Source: Paludibacteraceae bacterium (lineage in GTDB: Bacteria; Bacteroidota; Bacteroidia; Bacteroidales; Paludibacteraceae). Taken from it: a stretch of DNA of 64,000 nt. Numbering within the stretch: the first letter of the stretch is position 1; every line of letters starts with the position of its first letter. The stretch covers positions 2,149-66,148 of the forward strand of contig JAEDLW010000001.1 in NCBI GenBank assembly GCA_016295035.1. Reading direction: 5' to 3'. This document shows positions 9,486 to 20,156 of the stretch, one piece after another. Both the position numbers and the translations under genes were made by a program. The notes beneath the pieces were generated by a model that had not been told where the DNA came from, did no database searches, and saw only the letters and a program-made list of their open reading frames with translations.

Positions 9486-9526
9486 GGTGATTATAAGGTG
9501 ATTAAAGGGTGATTAAAAGGTGATTA
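9486..9526. repeat. Four direct copies of GGTGATTA spaced exactly 11 bp apart
   Basis: Copies lie at 9486-9493, 9497-9504, 9508-9515 and 9519-9526, in the 98-bp spacer between the two dehydrogenase genes. Confidence 0.9.
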
Positions 9527-9559
9527 ACCCGTAACATACTAGAAAACAACCAGTTACTT

Positions 9560-10801
9560 ATGATGAATATTGCAGTCGCAGGAACAGGATACGTTGGATT
9601 ATCCATAGCCACTTTGCTGGCGCAGCACAACCGCGTTACGGCCGTTGACATTATCCCAGACAAAGTGGATATGATCAATCGCCGACAATCGCCTATTCAA
9701 GACGAATATATTGAGAAATACCTTGCCGAGAAAGAACTAAATCTCAAGGCAACTCTCGACGCTAACGAAGCCTACAAAAACGCGGACTTTGTGGTTATTG
9801 CTGCTCCAACAAACTATGACAGCCAGAAAAACTACTTCGACACATCCGCTGTCGAAACGGTTATCAAGCTCGTCATGGAAATAAACCCAAAGGCTATCAT
9901 GGTGATAAAATCGACTATTCCTGTCGGTTTTACCGATACTATTCGCCATAAGACCGGAAGCAAAAACATCATCTTCTCCCCAGAATTTCTGCGCGAATCA
10001 AAAGCATTATACGACAATCTCTACCCTTCGCGCATCATTGTCGGCTTTAATCAACAAGACGAACACCTCAAACAAGCCGCAGAGACATTCGCTAAACTCC
10101 TGCAAGAAGGCGCTATCAAAACCGATATACCCACTCTCTTTATGGGATCAACTGAAGCGGAAGCCGTTAAACTCTTCGCCAATACATATCTCGCTCTGCG
10201 CGTCAGCTACTTCAACGAACTGGATACCTACGCAGAGATGAAAAGTCTTGATACCAAGCAGATTATAGAAGGCGTCTGTCTCGATCCGCGTATCGGCTCG
10301 CATTATAATAACCCGTCATTCGGATATGGTGGATATTGCTTGCCCAAAGACACGAAACAACTTCTCGCCAACTATCAAGATGTGCCGGAAAACCTCATCG
10401 AAGCAATCGTTGAGAGTAATCGCACTCGTAAAGACTTTATCGCTGACCGCGTACTTGCTAAAGCTGGTTATTACGCATATAGCGAAGAAAATAGCTGGGA
10501 TGCCAAACAGGAAAAAACCGTAACTATCGGCGTTTATCGCTTGACCATGAAATCCAATAGCGACAATTTCCGACAATCGTCTATCCAAGGCATCATGAAA
10601 CGAGTCAAGGCTAAAGGCGCTAAAGTCATTATCTACGAACCAACACTCGAAGACGGTACGACTTTCTTCGGCTCCCTCGTAGTAAACGACCTCAACAAGT
10701 TCAAAGCACTATCCAATGCCATCATCGCTAACCGCTACAACGAAGATTTGGAAGACGTGCAGGAAAAAATATATACTCGAGATATTTTTAAACGAGACTG
10801 A
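9560..10801 (+). CDS. ugd: UDP-glucose 6-dehydrogenase
   Basis: It has [24 protein letters not shown], the catalytic motif [11 protein letters not shown], and a length and architecture typical of Ugd/HasB. Confidence 0.88.
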   Translation: MMNIAVAGTGYVGLSIATLLAQHNRVTAVDIIPDKVDMINRRQSPIQDEYIEKYLAEKELNLKATLDANEAYKNADFVVIAAPTNYDSQKNYFDTSAVETVIKLVMEINPKAIMVIKSTIPVGFTDTIRHKTGSKNIIFSPEFLRESKALYDNLYPSRIIVGFNQQDEHLKQAAETFAKLLQEGAIKTDIPTLFMGSTEAEAVKLFANTYLALRVSYFNELDTYAEMKSLDTKQIIEGVCLDPRIGSHYNNPSFGYGGYCLPKDTKQLLANYQDVPENLIEAIVESNRTRKDFIADRVLAKAGYYAYSEENSWDAKQEKTVTIGVYRLTMKSNSDNFRQSSIQGIMKRVKAKGAKVIIYEPTLEDGTTFFGSLVVNDLNKFKALSNAIIANRYNEDLEDVQEKIYTRDIFKRD

Positions 10802-10802
10802 A

Positions 10803-11519
10803 ATGATTACAACAGCAGTTATAATGGCGGCAGGAATGGGTACAAGATTCGGAAAAATGACCGACCAACAGCCCAAAGGATTTGTGCTCTTCAAGAACAA
10901 GCCGATGATTCTGCGTTCCATTGACACGCTTATCGCATGTGGCATCAAGCGCATTATTATCGGAACAGGCTATCATAAAGAAGCATACGAAGAATTGTGC
11001 AAAAAGTACCCACAAATCGAGTGCGTCTATAGTCCAAAATACGCCGAAACAAACAGCATGTACACCTTATACAACTGCCGCGAAGCTATCGGAAACGACA
11101 ATTTCCTTTTGTTGGAATCAGATTTGGTCTTTGACCAAGAAGCAATATCATCACTCCTGCGATGTGAGTTTGATTCAGCAATGTTGATTACTTCTGTAAG
11201 AAAATTTCAGGACCAGTACTACGTGGAAATGAACGACAAGCAGGAATTGGTCCGTTGTTCAACCAATAAGGCAGAACTTAATCCTTCTGGAGAATTGGTA
11301 GGAATACATAAAATTAGTAATACCTTCTATCAATTGATGGTTAACGATTATGCTGCCAAAATAGAAAAATATCCAAAGCTTGGCTATGAATATGAACTTT
11401 TAGACATTTCGCAACACAAGTTGCCGCTAAATGTACTGAAAAACGATGCTTGTGTGTGGTACGAGATTGATGATATTGAGGACCTAAACTACGCTCAAGA
11501 GCACATTAAAATGGACTAA
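10803..11519 (+). CDS. LicC/PntC-like nucleotidyltransferase (candidate AEP or phosphoalcohol cytidylyltransferase)
   Basis: I trimmed the track ORF 10716.. to MITTAVIMAAGMGTRFG (ATG at 10803, 2 nt after the ugd stop). It has the G-rich NTP-binding loop AAGMGTRF of the LicC/MobA-like NTP-transferase fold and directly precedes aepX. Confidence 0.75.
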   Translation: MITTAVIMAAGMGTRFGKMTDQQPKGFVLFKNKPMILRSIDTLIACGIKRIIIGTGYHKEAYEELCKKYPQIECVYSPKYAETNSMYTLYNCREAIGNDNFLLLESDLVFDQEAISSLLRCEFDSAMLITSVRKFQDQYYVEMNDKQELVRCSTNKAELNPSGELVGIHKISNTFYQLMVNDYAAKIEKYPKLGYEYELLDISQHKLPLNVLKNDACVWYEIDDIEDLNYAQEHIKMD

Positions 11520-11532
11520 AAAACAAAATAAT

Positions 11533-12843
11533 ATGGCAAAAACAGTTTATCTCGGCATGATTGCCGACATTATGCATCCGGGACTGATTAACATCATCAC
11601 AGAAGGTGCAAAGTACGGAAACGTTATGATTGGCTTGTTTACAGACAAGGCCATTGCTACGCACAAACGCTTGCCTTATCTAAGCTATGAGCAACGAAAA
11701 AATGTGGTAGAACACATCAACGGCGTGAGCGAAGTTGTACCACAAGACGATTGGAGTTATGTTCCAAATCTTAAAAAGTATAAGCCGGATTATATCATTC
11801 ACGGCGATGATTGGAAAGAAGGACCGGATAAATATATTCGCGAGGAAGTATTCGCTTTAATGAAACAACAAGGTGGTGAAGTGATTGAAATTCCATATAC
11901 ACAAGGAATAACATCTTCTGGACTTGCGAAAGAACTGGAATCGCTTGGCACGACACCACAAGCAAGATTGAAATCCTTGCGCAGATTAATCAGCGCAAAA
12001 CCCATTGTACGGATCTTGGAATCTCATTGCGGCTTAACAGGTTTGATTGTTGAACACACTAGCATAGAAGTAGATAATGTGCATAAAGAGTTTGATGGCA
12101 TGTGGTCAAGCTCACTTACCGATTCCACCTCAAAAGGAAAACCCGATATCGAAGCTGTTGATTTAACTACGCGCCTTCACGATTTAAATGATACCCTGGA
12201 GGTAACCACAAAACCAATCATCTATGACGGAGATACAGGAGGAAAAACTGAGCACTTTGCTTTCACTGTTCGCACGCTTGAGCGCTTAGGAATTTCCGCT
12301 ATTATTATCGAAGATAAAGTAGGTCTCAAACAAAATTCTTTGTTCGGTACTGATGCGGTTCAAACACAAGATACAATTGAAAACTTCTGCCATAAAATTC
12401 AAGTCGGAAAAACATCCCAAGTCACAAATGACTTTATGATAATTGCTCGAATCGAATCCTTAATTGCCGGAAAACCAGTGGATGATGCTTTGGAACGTGC
12501 TTTCGCTTACGTTGAAGCAGGTGCTGATGGAGTAATGATTCACTCAAAAAACAAAGACGGAATGGATGTTAAAGAGTTCTGTACACGCTTCAGAATGAAA
12601 GATGCGCACACTCCAATCGTAGTCGTTCCAACTACCTACAACCAATACACGGAAGAAGAACTGGCGACTTGGGGCGTAAACATAGTAATTTATGCCAATC
12701 ATATGTTGCGTAGTGCATATCCGGCCATGGTTCATTGCGCAGAGTCCATTTTAAAACATAGTCGGAGTCTTGAGGCATCAAATGAATATTGTATGCCAAT
12801 CAAAGAAATTCTGAATCTTATTCCGGGAACAAAACAAAAATAA
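11533..12843 (+). CDS. aepX: Phosphoenolpyruvate mutase with a fused N-terminal cytidylyltransferase-like (TagD-fold) domain
   Basis: The N-terminus is TVYLGMIADIMHPGLINII..IIHGDDW, a CTP_transf_like fold with HPGL in place of HxGH. The C-terminal ~290 aa is the isocitrate-lyase/PEP-mutase fold (GMWSSSLTDSTSKGKPDIE, IIEDK). Confidence 0.85.
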   Translation: MAKTVYLGMIADIMHPGLINIITEGAKYGNVMIGLFTDKAIATHKRLPYLSYEQRKNVVEHINGVSEVVPQDDWSYVPNLKKYKPDYIIHGDDWKEGPDKYIREEVFALMKQQGGEVIEIPYTQGITSSGLAKELESLGTTPQARLKSLRRLISAKPIVRILESHCGLTGLIVEHTSIEVDNVHKEFDGMWSSSLTDSTSKGKPDIEAVDLTTRLHDLNDTLEVTTKPIIYDGDTGGKTEHFAFTVRTLERLGISAIIIEDKVGLKQNSLFGTDAVQTQDTIENFCHKIQVGKTSQVTNDFMIIARIESLIAGKPVDDALERAFAYVEAGADGVMIHSKNKDGMDVKEFCTRFRMKDAHTPIVVVPTTYNQYTEEELATWGVNIVIYANHMLRSAYPAMVHCAESILKHSRSLEASNEYCMPIKEILNLIPGTKQK

Positions 12844-12844
12844 C

Positions 12845-13972
12845 ATGATACGACCAAGTTTTTTCATTGATACGCTTGTAGCACAAGGCATTCAGTTCTT
12901 TGCAGGAGTACCGGATTCTCTGCTGAAGAATTTATGTGCCTACATTACCGATAGCATCGAACCAAAGCACAACATTATTGCCGCAAACGAAGGGGGTGCA
13001 GTCGCATTGGCTGCAGGATATCACCTCGCTACTGGCAAAATAGGAATGGTATACATGCAAAATTCTGGGGAAGGCAACACCATCAATCCTTTAGCCTCAT
13101 TAACGGATAAGGATGTATACAACATCCCGCTTTTACTAGTTATCGGATGGCGCGGCAAACCGGGCATACACGATGAACCACAACATGTCAAACAAGGCAA
13201 AGTCACACTACCACTACTGGAAACAATGGGAATTCCATATGCTGTACTGGATAAAGAAGAAACTTCGGCACAGGAACAAATTCTAAAAGCTATTGAATAC
13301 ATTAAGGCAACCAATGAAGCCTATGCAATAGTGATCGAAAAAGACACCTTTGACACGTATAAACTGCCTTCCGCAGTCCCGACATTACCTTTGAGCCGCG
13401 AAGAGGCCATACAACAAGTAGCTGGAAGAATTGGTAAAAAAGATGTTATCGTTAGCACAACAGGAATGATTTCACGAGAATTGTTCGAATATCGTGCAGG
13501 AAAGAATGAAGGACACGAACGGGATTTTTTAACCGTTGGTTCAATGGGACACGCTTCACAGATTGCATTAGGCATCGCATTAGAACAGCCACAAAGACAT
13601 GTTTGGTGCTTTGACGGAGATGGTGCCACCATTATGCATATGGGTAATATGGCTATTGTCGGTACACAAGCTCCTAAAAACTACATTCATGTCATTTTCA
13701 ACAATGGAGCACATGATTCGGTCGGAGGTCAACCAACTGTAGGCCTACAAATAGACCTTCCTCAACTTGCTACTGCGATGAAATATAAAACAGTACTAAA
13801 CGCATCTACTAAAGAAGAACTGAATGCAGCTTTGCAACAATTACAAACGGCCGAATTACCTGCTTTGTTGCAAATCTGCGTGCGCAAAGGTAACCGCGCT
13901 GATCTTGGTAGACCGACTACCACTCCACAACAAAATAAACAAGCATTTATGAACTTCCTTAAACAACAATAA
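12845..13972 (+). CDS. aepY: Phosphonopyruvate decarboxylase (TPP-dependent)
   Basis: It has FFAGVPDSLLKNLCAYI and the TPP motif DGDGATIMHMGN...NNGAHDS. It sits between aepX and the AEP transaminase. Confidence 0.88.
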   Translation: MIRPSFFIDTLVAQGIQFFAGVPDSLLKNLCAYITDSIEPKHNIIAANEGGAVALAAGYHLATGKIGMVYMQNSGEGNTINPLASLTDKDVYNIPLLLVIGWRGKPGIHDEPQHVKQGKVTLPLLETMGIPYAVLDKEETSAQEQILKAIEYIKATNEAYAIVIEKDTFDTYKLPSAVPTLPLSREEAIQQVAGRIGKKDVIVSTTGMISRELFEYRAGKNEGHERDFLTVGSMGHASQIALGIALEQPQRHVWCFDGDGATIMHMGNMAIVGTQAPKNYIHVIFNNGAHDSVGGQPTVGLQIDLPQLATAMKYKTVLNASTKEELNAALQQLQTAELPALLQICVRKGNRADLGRPTTTPQQNKQAFMNFLKQQ

Positions 13973-13973
13973 T

Positions 13974-15098
13974 ATGGAACAGATGCATATCAAACGTAAC
14001 ATTTTGCTCAATCCTGGACCCGCAACAACGACTGATACTGTCAAATTAGCTCAGGTCGTTCCCGATATCTGTCCGCGAGAAAAAGAATTTGCTGGACTAA
14101 TGAAAGGATTACGAAACGATCTATTAAAATTGGCACATGCCAATCCAAACGAATACACATCCGTTCTATTTTGCGGCTCAGGTACCATCAATATGGATAT
14201 CTGTCTAAACTCACTATTGCCGGAAGGTAAACAAATTCTAGTGGTTAACAATGGTGCCTACTCGACACGTGCTGTTGAAGTATGTAATGCATATCATTTA
14301 CCACATATTGATCTCAAATCATCTGTATTTGAACGTCCTGATTTGGCAAAAGTTGAACAGACGCTTAAAGAAAACCCTGATATCGCCATTGTCTACACAA
14401 CACACCACGAAACTGGAACGGGCTTGCTCAATCCGATTCGAGAGATTGGTGCTTTGGCTCACAAGTATGATGCCATATTCGTCACAGATACGACTTCATC
14501 ACTTGGAATGATTCCTGTAGATGTTGAAAAAGACAATATTGATTTCTGCTTTGCATCTGCACAAAAAGGCATCATGGCCATGGCTGGTCTATCATTTGTA
14601 ATAGGTCGTGAGCAAATTATCCGTGCATCAAAGAATTACCCTACCCGTTCGTATTACTGCAATCTATTTCTACAATACGACTACTTTGAGAAAACAGGAG
14701 AAATGCACTTCACACCACCCGTACAGACAATATATGCAACTATTCAGGCTCTAAAAGAGTTTTTTGAGGAAGGAGAGGATGCCAAATTCGCTCGGCATCA
14801 CAGAGCATACGAAGCAATTCATGACGGAATTGACAAACTGGGTCTGAAAACAGTAATAGATAGAAATATTGAATCCGGTTTAGTTGTATCAGTCCAGTAT
14901 CCGGATGATCCAAACTGGAGTTTTGAGAAAGTACATGACTATTGCTACGAAAAAGGATTTACCATTTATCCGGGAAAAATTAGTACATCGGATACTTTCC
15001 GCCTGTGCGCATTGGGAGCAATAGATGAGCAAGACATTAAGGATTTCTTTGTGGTATTCCGTGAAGCGTTGAATAAATTTGAAATAAAGCACAAATAA
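13974..15098 (+). CDS. aepZ: 2-aminoethylphosphonate:pyruvate aminotransferase
   Basis: It has LLNPGPATTTDTVK, the class-V aminotransferase pattern and the PLP lysine region FASAQKG. It completes the aepXYZ trio. Confidence 0.85.
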   Translation: MEQMHIKRNILLNPGPATTTDTVKLAQVVPDICPREKEFAGLMKGLRNDLLKLAHANPNEYTSVLFCGSGTINMDICLNSLLPEGKQILVVNNGAYSTRAVEVCNAYHLPHIDLKSSVFERPDLAKVEQTLKENPDIAIVYTTHHETGTGLLNPIREIGALAHKYDAIFVTDTTSSLGMIPVDVEKDNIDFCFASAQKGIMAMAGLSFVIGREQIIRASKNYPTRSYYCNLFLQYDYFEKTGEMHFTPPVQTIYATIQALKEFFEEGEDAKFARHHRAYEAIHDGIDKLGLKTVIDRNIESGLVVSVQYPDDPNWSFEKVHDYCYEKGFTIYPGKISTSDTFRLCALGAIDEQDIKDFFVVFREALNKFEIKHK

Positions 15099-16540
15099 TG
15101 CCCGATACGCTGAAGAAACAGACTATAACTGGAGTCTTTTGGAGTGGCCTCGAAAGATTCTCAGTACAAGGAGTAACTTTTTTAGTACAACTTGTTCTGG
15201 CTCGTCTATTGACTCCTAATGAATACGGATTAATCGGGATGTTAGTTGTTTTTCTTCAGATCGGTCAAGTGTTTATAGATAGTGGTTTTGCCAATGCTCT
15301 TATTCAAAAGAAAGAATGCACACCAGCAGATTTCGCTACTGTATTTTACTATAATCTACTATTATCGCTTGCCATTTACGCTATTCTTTTCTTTACCGCG
15401 CCATTTATAGCCTCATTTTACGATCAAGATATTCTTATACCCTTGTTAAGGCTGTTATCACTAACATTGATAATCAATGCATTAGCTATAGTCCAGAAAA
15501 CCATTCTTATTAAGCGAGTCGATTTTAGGACACAAACTAAAGTATCACTATTTAGTGCAATCTTATCAGGCATTATAGGTATATCATTAGCATCTAAATC
15601 ATTCGGAGTGTGGGCATTATGCTGGCAACAAATTAGCTTTAGCTTTTTACAACTATTTTTATACACTTTATATGTTCATTGGTTACCTAATTCAAAATTC
15701 AGCAAAGAATCGTTTATCCAATTATTTAATTTTGGTTCTAAACTATTAATCTCTAGCTTAATTAGCGTAATCTACAAAAATTTATACTCGGTTGTTATAG
15801 GAAAAAAATTCACAGCAGCAGAATTAGGTTATTATACTCGAGCCGAGCAATTTGCAATGTTTCCTTCCAATAACCTAGGTAACATTATTGCTCGAGTTGC
15901 CTTTCCTATTTTTAGTAAAATTCAAGATGACACCCCCAAACTATGTACTGCCTATCGTAGAATCATACAATACTCATCGTACATTATATTTCCTTTGATG
16001 TGTGGCTTGATAGCAATTGCTGAGCCTTTGATAACTGTATTACTCACAGAAAAATGGTTAGGCATCGTACCACTTTTACAGATTTTATGCATCGATTGGA
16101 TGTTGGATCATCTTAGTATAATAAATCTTAATCTTTTGTATGTTAAAGGACGATCTGATTGGGCATTGCGTTTAGAGATAATAAAAAAAATTATAGCTAT
16201 TATTATTTTAATCGCTACAATTCCGTTTGGATTAACGATAATGTGCTGGGGGAGAGTGTTATATTCTATTATTGCTACCATCATCAATACTCATTATACT
16301 CGTATCCTCATCAATCTTAATTTTTTCCAGCAGATGATAGATATCATACCATATTTGATTGGAGCACTAGTCATGGCCGCTATTGTTTATGGAGTAAATT
16401 TACTTATATCTACATCCATTTCCCAAGTCATTATTGGGATGCTGATAGGAGTAATTACTTATGCGATTATCACTTTCATTTGCTATAAAGGAATACGAAC
16501 GCGCTTGATTTGTTACATAAAAAACAGAAAAAGAGAATAA
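15098..16540 (+). CDS. wzx: Wzx-type polysaccharide flippase (MOP superfamily)
   Basis: The 480-aa protein has many TM helices and the N-terminal motif VQLVLARLLTPNEYGLIGM typical of RfbX/Wzx. TAATG stop/start overlap with aepZ. Confidence 0.8.
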   Translation: MPDTLKKQTITGVFWSGLERFSVQGVTFLVQLVLARLLTPNEYGLIGMLVVFLQIGQVFIDSGFANALIQKKECTPADFATVFYYNLLLSLAIYAILFFTAPFIASFYDQDILIPLLRLLSLTLIINALAIVQKTILIKRVDFRTQTKVSLFSAILSGIIGISLASKSFGVWALCWQQISFSFLQLFLYTLYVHWLPNSKFSKESFIQLFNFGSKLLISSLISVIYKNLYSVVIGKKFTAAELGYYTRAEQFAMFPSNNLGNIIARVAFPIFSKIQDDTPKLCTAYRRIIQYSSYIIFPLMCGLIAIAEPLITVLLTEKWLGIVPLLQILCIDWMLDHLSIINLNLLYVKGRSDWALRLEIIKKIIAIIILIATIPFGLTIMCWGRVLYSIIATIINTHYTRILINLNFFQQMIDIIPYLIGALVMAAIVYGVNLLISTSISQVIIGMLIGVITYAIITFICYKGIRTRLICYIKNRKRE

Positions 16541-17830
16541 GTGGATTTTTTTACTAAACATATAATAATCCCATTTTGGAAAACACGATTTGGACAAATA
16601 CTTCACCAATTGATTGATTGGTGCAAAATTACTTATTATATTTACTTCTTAAAACCGAAAATAGAAAAGCGAATTGCTAAGCAAGATAAATTAAGTATCG
16701 TGTTTTTTGTGATTAATATTTCTATGTGGAAAGCAGACAGCATTGTAAAGGAGTTATTAAGTAATCCACATTACGATATCCATATCGTTAGTTTTCTATA
16801 TCCGCAATTTACTATTGAGCGCAGAAAAGAGATGCAAAAACAGATGGAAGAATTCTTTACAAAAAAGAACTATCCGTACATTAACAGCTATGATTTTAGC
16901 ACCAATACCTATTTCGACATTCGCACTTTACATCCGGATATCATTTTTTATAATCAACCATATAATTTAGGCTATTCCGGATATCAATTACAGCATTTTT
17001 GGAAAACATCGCTTTTTGCATATATACCATATTGTTTAAATATTGAGAAAAATGATGTTTTTTACGATACTTTATATATCAATGTATGTAAATATGTTTT
17101 CCTTCCAACGCAATTGGATTTATCTCTAGTGCAATCCAAGACAAAAACAAAGGCATATAATTGTAAAGTCGTTGGCAATTTATTCTACGATGAATTAAAA
17201 GAAGCACAGCATTCTGATCATAATGTTTGGAAAGATAATACTCGAAAACACATCATTTGGGCTCCCCATCATTCTATTTTGCCGAATGACGAATTACAAT
17301 ATTCTACATTTCTTAGGTATGCCAATTATATGTTATATTTGGCTGATAAATATAAAGATGTTGTTGAGTTTGCATTCAAGCCGCATCCTGCACTCAAAGA
17401 TAAGCTTTATCAATCGCCGGATTGGGGGTATGAGCGGACTAATCAATATTATACGAAATGGGCAAACATGTCCAATACATTTATAGCAGACGGATCCTAT
17501 GTAAATTTATTTGTGCAATCGGATGCTATGATACATGACTGTTCAACCTTTAGTTGTGAATACCTATACACCAACAAACCTGTCCTGTTTTTACTAAAGG
17601 AAACTAATAGTACACCCTTAACTGAGTTAGGCGCTTCTTGTCTGAACATGCACTACCATGCATATCAAGAAAATGAAATAGAAGAATTTATAAATAATGT
17701 CATATCCGGAATTGATGTTCTGAAGAAACAACGACACTATTTTGTAGAACATAATCTTACAAAATTTGACGACACATCAACAACATCAAATATTATCCAG
17801 GAACTGAATAATCTGTTTATATCACAATGA
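16541..17830 (+). CDS. CDP-glycerol glycerophosphotransferase-family (TagB/TagF-like) protein
   Basis: It has a GTG start. Motifs IIWAPHHS, FKPHP and SDAMIHDCSTFSCEYLYTNKPV align by eye with the Glyphos_transf patterns (yAPTwR / HP / DvLITDYSS..fDf...kP). Confidence 0.65.
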   Translation: MDFFTKHIIIPFWKTRFGQILHQLIDWCKITYYIYFLKPKIEKRIAKQDKLSIVFFVINISMWKADSIVKELLSNPHYDIHIVSFLYPQFTIERRKEMQKQMEEFFTKKNYPYINSYDFSTNTYFDIRTLHPDIIFYNQPYNLGYSGYQLQHFWKTSLFAYIPYCLNIEKNDVFYDTLYINVCKYVFLPTQLDLSLVQSKTKTKAYNCKVVGNLFYDELKEAQHSDHNVWKDNTRKHIIWAPHHSILPNDELQYSTFLRYANYMLYLADKYKDVVEFAFKPHPALKDKLYQSPDWGYERTNQYYTKWANMSNTFIADGSYVNLFVQSDAMIHDCSTFSCEYLYTNKPVLFLLKETNSTPLTELGASCLNMHYHAYQENEIEEFINNVISGIDVLKKQRHYFVEHNLTKFDDTSTTSNIIQELNNLFISQ

Positions 17831-19023
17831 GAACCATCCTATTTTTACATCATATCTCCAGCATAGGCGGCGGAAGTTTTTGCTTACTTAACATACTCCG
17901 CGAAATAGACCGCAGTTTATTTCGCCCGATTGTGCTACTGAAAGAACCAGGTCCGTTAACAAACGAGTTAAGCCAATTGGGAATAACTTTTTACTTCTTG
18001 AGTGATATGACTGTTGTTCCATATAATCAATCTATTTTAAAATTCAACACGCTCATATCTTATATTGGCATCCGCAGGTCATTGCGCTCCTTTAGTGCAT
18101 TCCTATCCAAGCACCAGGACATAGATATTGTGTACTTAAACAACATGATGCTAACTCCATATCTTAGAATAGCCAAACAGCATCATAAAAAAACATTAAT
18201 TCATATTAGAGAACATTGGCCGCTGGATGAACACACTTTACAACTACGCAGAATACAAAATACAATATATCAGCATGCAGATCAAGTCGTTGCCATCAAT
18301 AAATATAGTGCTTCTCTGTGCCACAACATAGATAATCGTCAAATACATATTATCTACGACTGGATTGATTTCAGTGAGCGGTATAAAAGCTTGCCTTTGC
18401 ATGATATCCTTAAAGAAGATACATTTGGACTTAAAGTCTTTTTGTATACTGGAGGGACAAGTAGGATTAAGGGGAGTTTGCAAATATTAAGGACTTTTCA
18501 TAGCATCAAAAGGGATAATTATAGATTAATCATATTGGGTGATAATTTTAACATTTCAACTATAGGCTTACGCGGAAAACTAAAGTTATTTTTGCATAGA
18601 ATAGGCTATAACACATATCAATACAGGCTCAGGAGCATCATAGACTCTGATTCTCGTATTTTTATCATTCCCGCGACATATAAGATCCAACATCTATTGC
18701 AACAAGTAGATTGCGTATTAAGTTATTTTACTATACCCCATGCTAATTTGATATTGGCAGAGTCCATTATTAACAATACCATATGCATAGCTTCCAAGAA
18801 CGAAGAAGCATTAGAATATTCAGACAATGGGAAATTAGCCCTATTATTCACAGCAAACGATATGATGGATTTTCGCAATACTATCTTATCGTTTGAATCT
18901 AAGTCAAAAGATTTAAAAGACAGACTACAACACGAATCGTTTAAAATAAAATGTTTATTTGATAAAAAAAATAACGTTAATAAGCTTAACGCACTACTCA
19001 AAAGTTTATCATCAGAATGTTAG
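17827..19023 (+). CDS. Glycosyltransferase, GT4/GT1-like (GT-B fold)
   Basis: The 398-aa protein starts RTILFLHHISSIGGGSF and has a GT-B-like C-terminal half. It overlaps the upstream gene by 4 nt. The call rests on context and weak motifs. Confidence 0.6.
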   Translation: MRTILFLHHISSIGGGSFCLLNILREIDRSLFRPIVLLKEPGPLTNELSQLGITFYFLSDMTVVPYNQSILKFNTLISYIGIRRSLRSFSAFLSKHQDIDIVYLNNMMLTPYLRIAKQHHKKTLIHIREHWPLDEHTLQLRRIQNTIYQHADQVVAINKYSASLCHNIDNRQIHIIYDWIDFSERYKSLPLHDILKEDTFGLKVFLYTGGTSRIKGSLQILRTFHSIKRDNYRLIILGDNFNISTIGLRGKLKLFLHRIGYNTYQYRLRSIIDSDSRIFIIPATYKIQHLLQQVDCVLSYFTIPHANLILAESIINNTICIASKNEEALEYSDNGKLALLFTANDMMDFRNTILSFESKSKDLKDRLQHESFKIKCLFDKKNNVNKLNALLKSLSSEC

Positions 19024-19035
19024 AAAAATATTAAA

Positions 19036-20142
19036 ATGAACGTAGTAATCATTATTAGTATATTAGCTCTTCTATTGTCCATTCTCCAATCAGTAGGAGT
19101 ATTTCGTAAAGGACTGATGTTAGGTTTTGTGCTCACTACCTTTCTGTTAATAATTCATTTTAACTTTGGTAATGATTATGCGACCTATTACGAATGGTTT
19201 TTAGATGTACTTAACTCCCATTACTCTTTTTCAGAGCTTTTCGAGCCAAACACATTTCTAAAAGACCCAGGATGGTTTGTTTTATACTGGCTTTTTGCAT
19301 TAATCTTTGGAAAAGGGGGCTTCTTCGTTATGGTTGCTATTATTTCAATCATTGAAGGAGTTATATATTATAAAATCATACGCAAATACGTACCGGAAAA
19401 GTGGTATTGGCTAGCAATGTTTATATATCTATTCCAAACGTGTTTATATCCTCTCACATTCTCAATGATGCGCCAAGCATTAGTTTTGGCACTCATTCTT
19501 ATTATCTACGGAAACGTTAGAGAGAGAAAACATATAGCACAGAGCATTATATTGTTGGTTATAAGCTTCTTCATCCATAAATCATCCATATTCTTTATAC
19601 CATTTTTATTTATCAATTACCTCCCTCTTAAATATGGCAAAAATATATCCATTACGTTAATCATCTTCCTTTTGACCTTTTTATTTCTAAATCGTATAAC
19701 GCATCGTGTACTTGATTACATTATGCAGATACCTTTCTTTGTTAATTATGGTTCGATATATGGCAATGCTAACGTTACCATTACTTTTGGTTTGGGATAT
19801 TTTTTAAGGCTAATAATGTTTGGCGTACTTTTATACTACCTTAGAACAAAAGAAACAGAGGATAAATATAGAGATTATGTATTGTTAGCGGCTTTTAGTA
19901 TCATTATCCTTCCATTTGAAACAATTATACCTCTAATCACGCGCGTAAACTACTATTTTCAAGTGTTTTATATTATAGCCATCCCATTAGCATATGATAA
20001 TATCAAAAACACCCTTTTAAGAAACGGATTGTTATTATTTTTTATTATATTCGAAATTTATAGTTATTCGCTGTTCTGTGCCCCCTCATCTATTTTTTAC
20101 GAGGGTTACCAACATTTCCATACTATATTCAGTACTATTTAA
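19036..20142 (+). CDS. wzy: EpsG-family polysaccharide polymerase (Wzy-like)
   Basis: The 368-aa protein has about 10 or more TM helices and the FGNDYATYYEWF motif typical of EpsG. It lies in the AT-rich core of the locus. Confidence 0.65.
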   Translation: MNVVIIISILALLLSILQSVGVFRKGLMLGFVLTTFLLIIHFNFGNDYATYYEWFLDVLNSHYSFSELFEPNTFLKDPGWFVLYWLFALIFGKGGFFVMVAIISIIEGVIYYKIIRKYVPEKWYWLAMFIYLFQTCLYPLTFSMMRQALVLALILIIYGNVRERKHIAQSIILLVISFFIHKSSIFFIPFLFINYLPLKYGKNISITLIIFLLTFLFLNRITHRVLDYIMQIPFFVNYGSIYGNANVTITFGLGYFLRLIMFGVLLYYLRTKETEDKYRDYVLLAAFSIIILPFETIIPLITRVNYYFQVFYIIAIPLAYDNIKNTLLRNGLLLFFIIFEIYSYSLFCAPSSIFYEGYQHFHTIFSTI

Positions 20143-20156
20143 TAAAAAACAAGTCT

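Noticed and set aside
10716-10802. The track gives N-terminal extensions for several genes: 561..2552, 10716.., 27492.., 31896.., 44399.., 55337.., 59171..60817 and 35361..36659.
   Set aside because: The extensions overlap the preceding gene or contain their own promoter box. They add residues that are not family-like, and the conserved N-termini begin at the internal ATGs used in the feature list.
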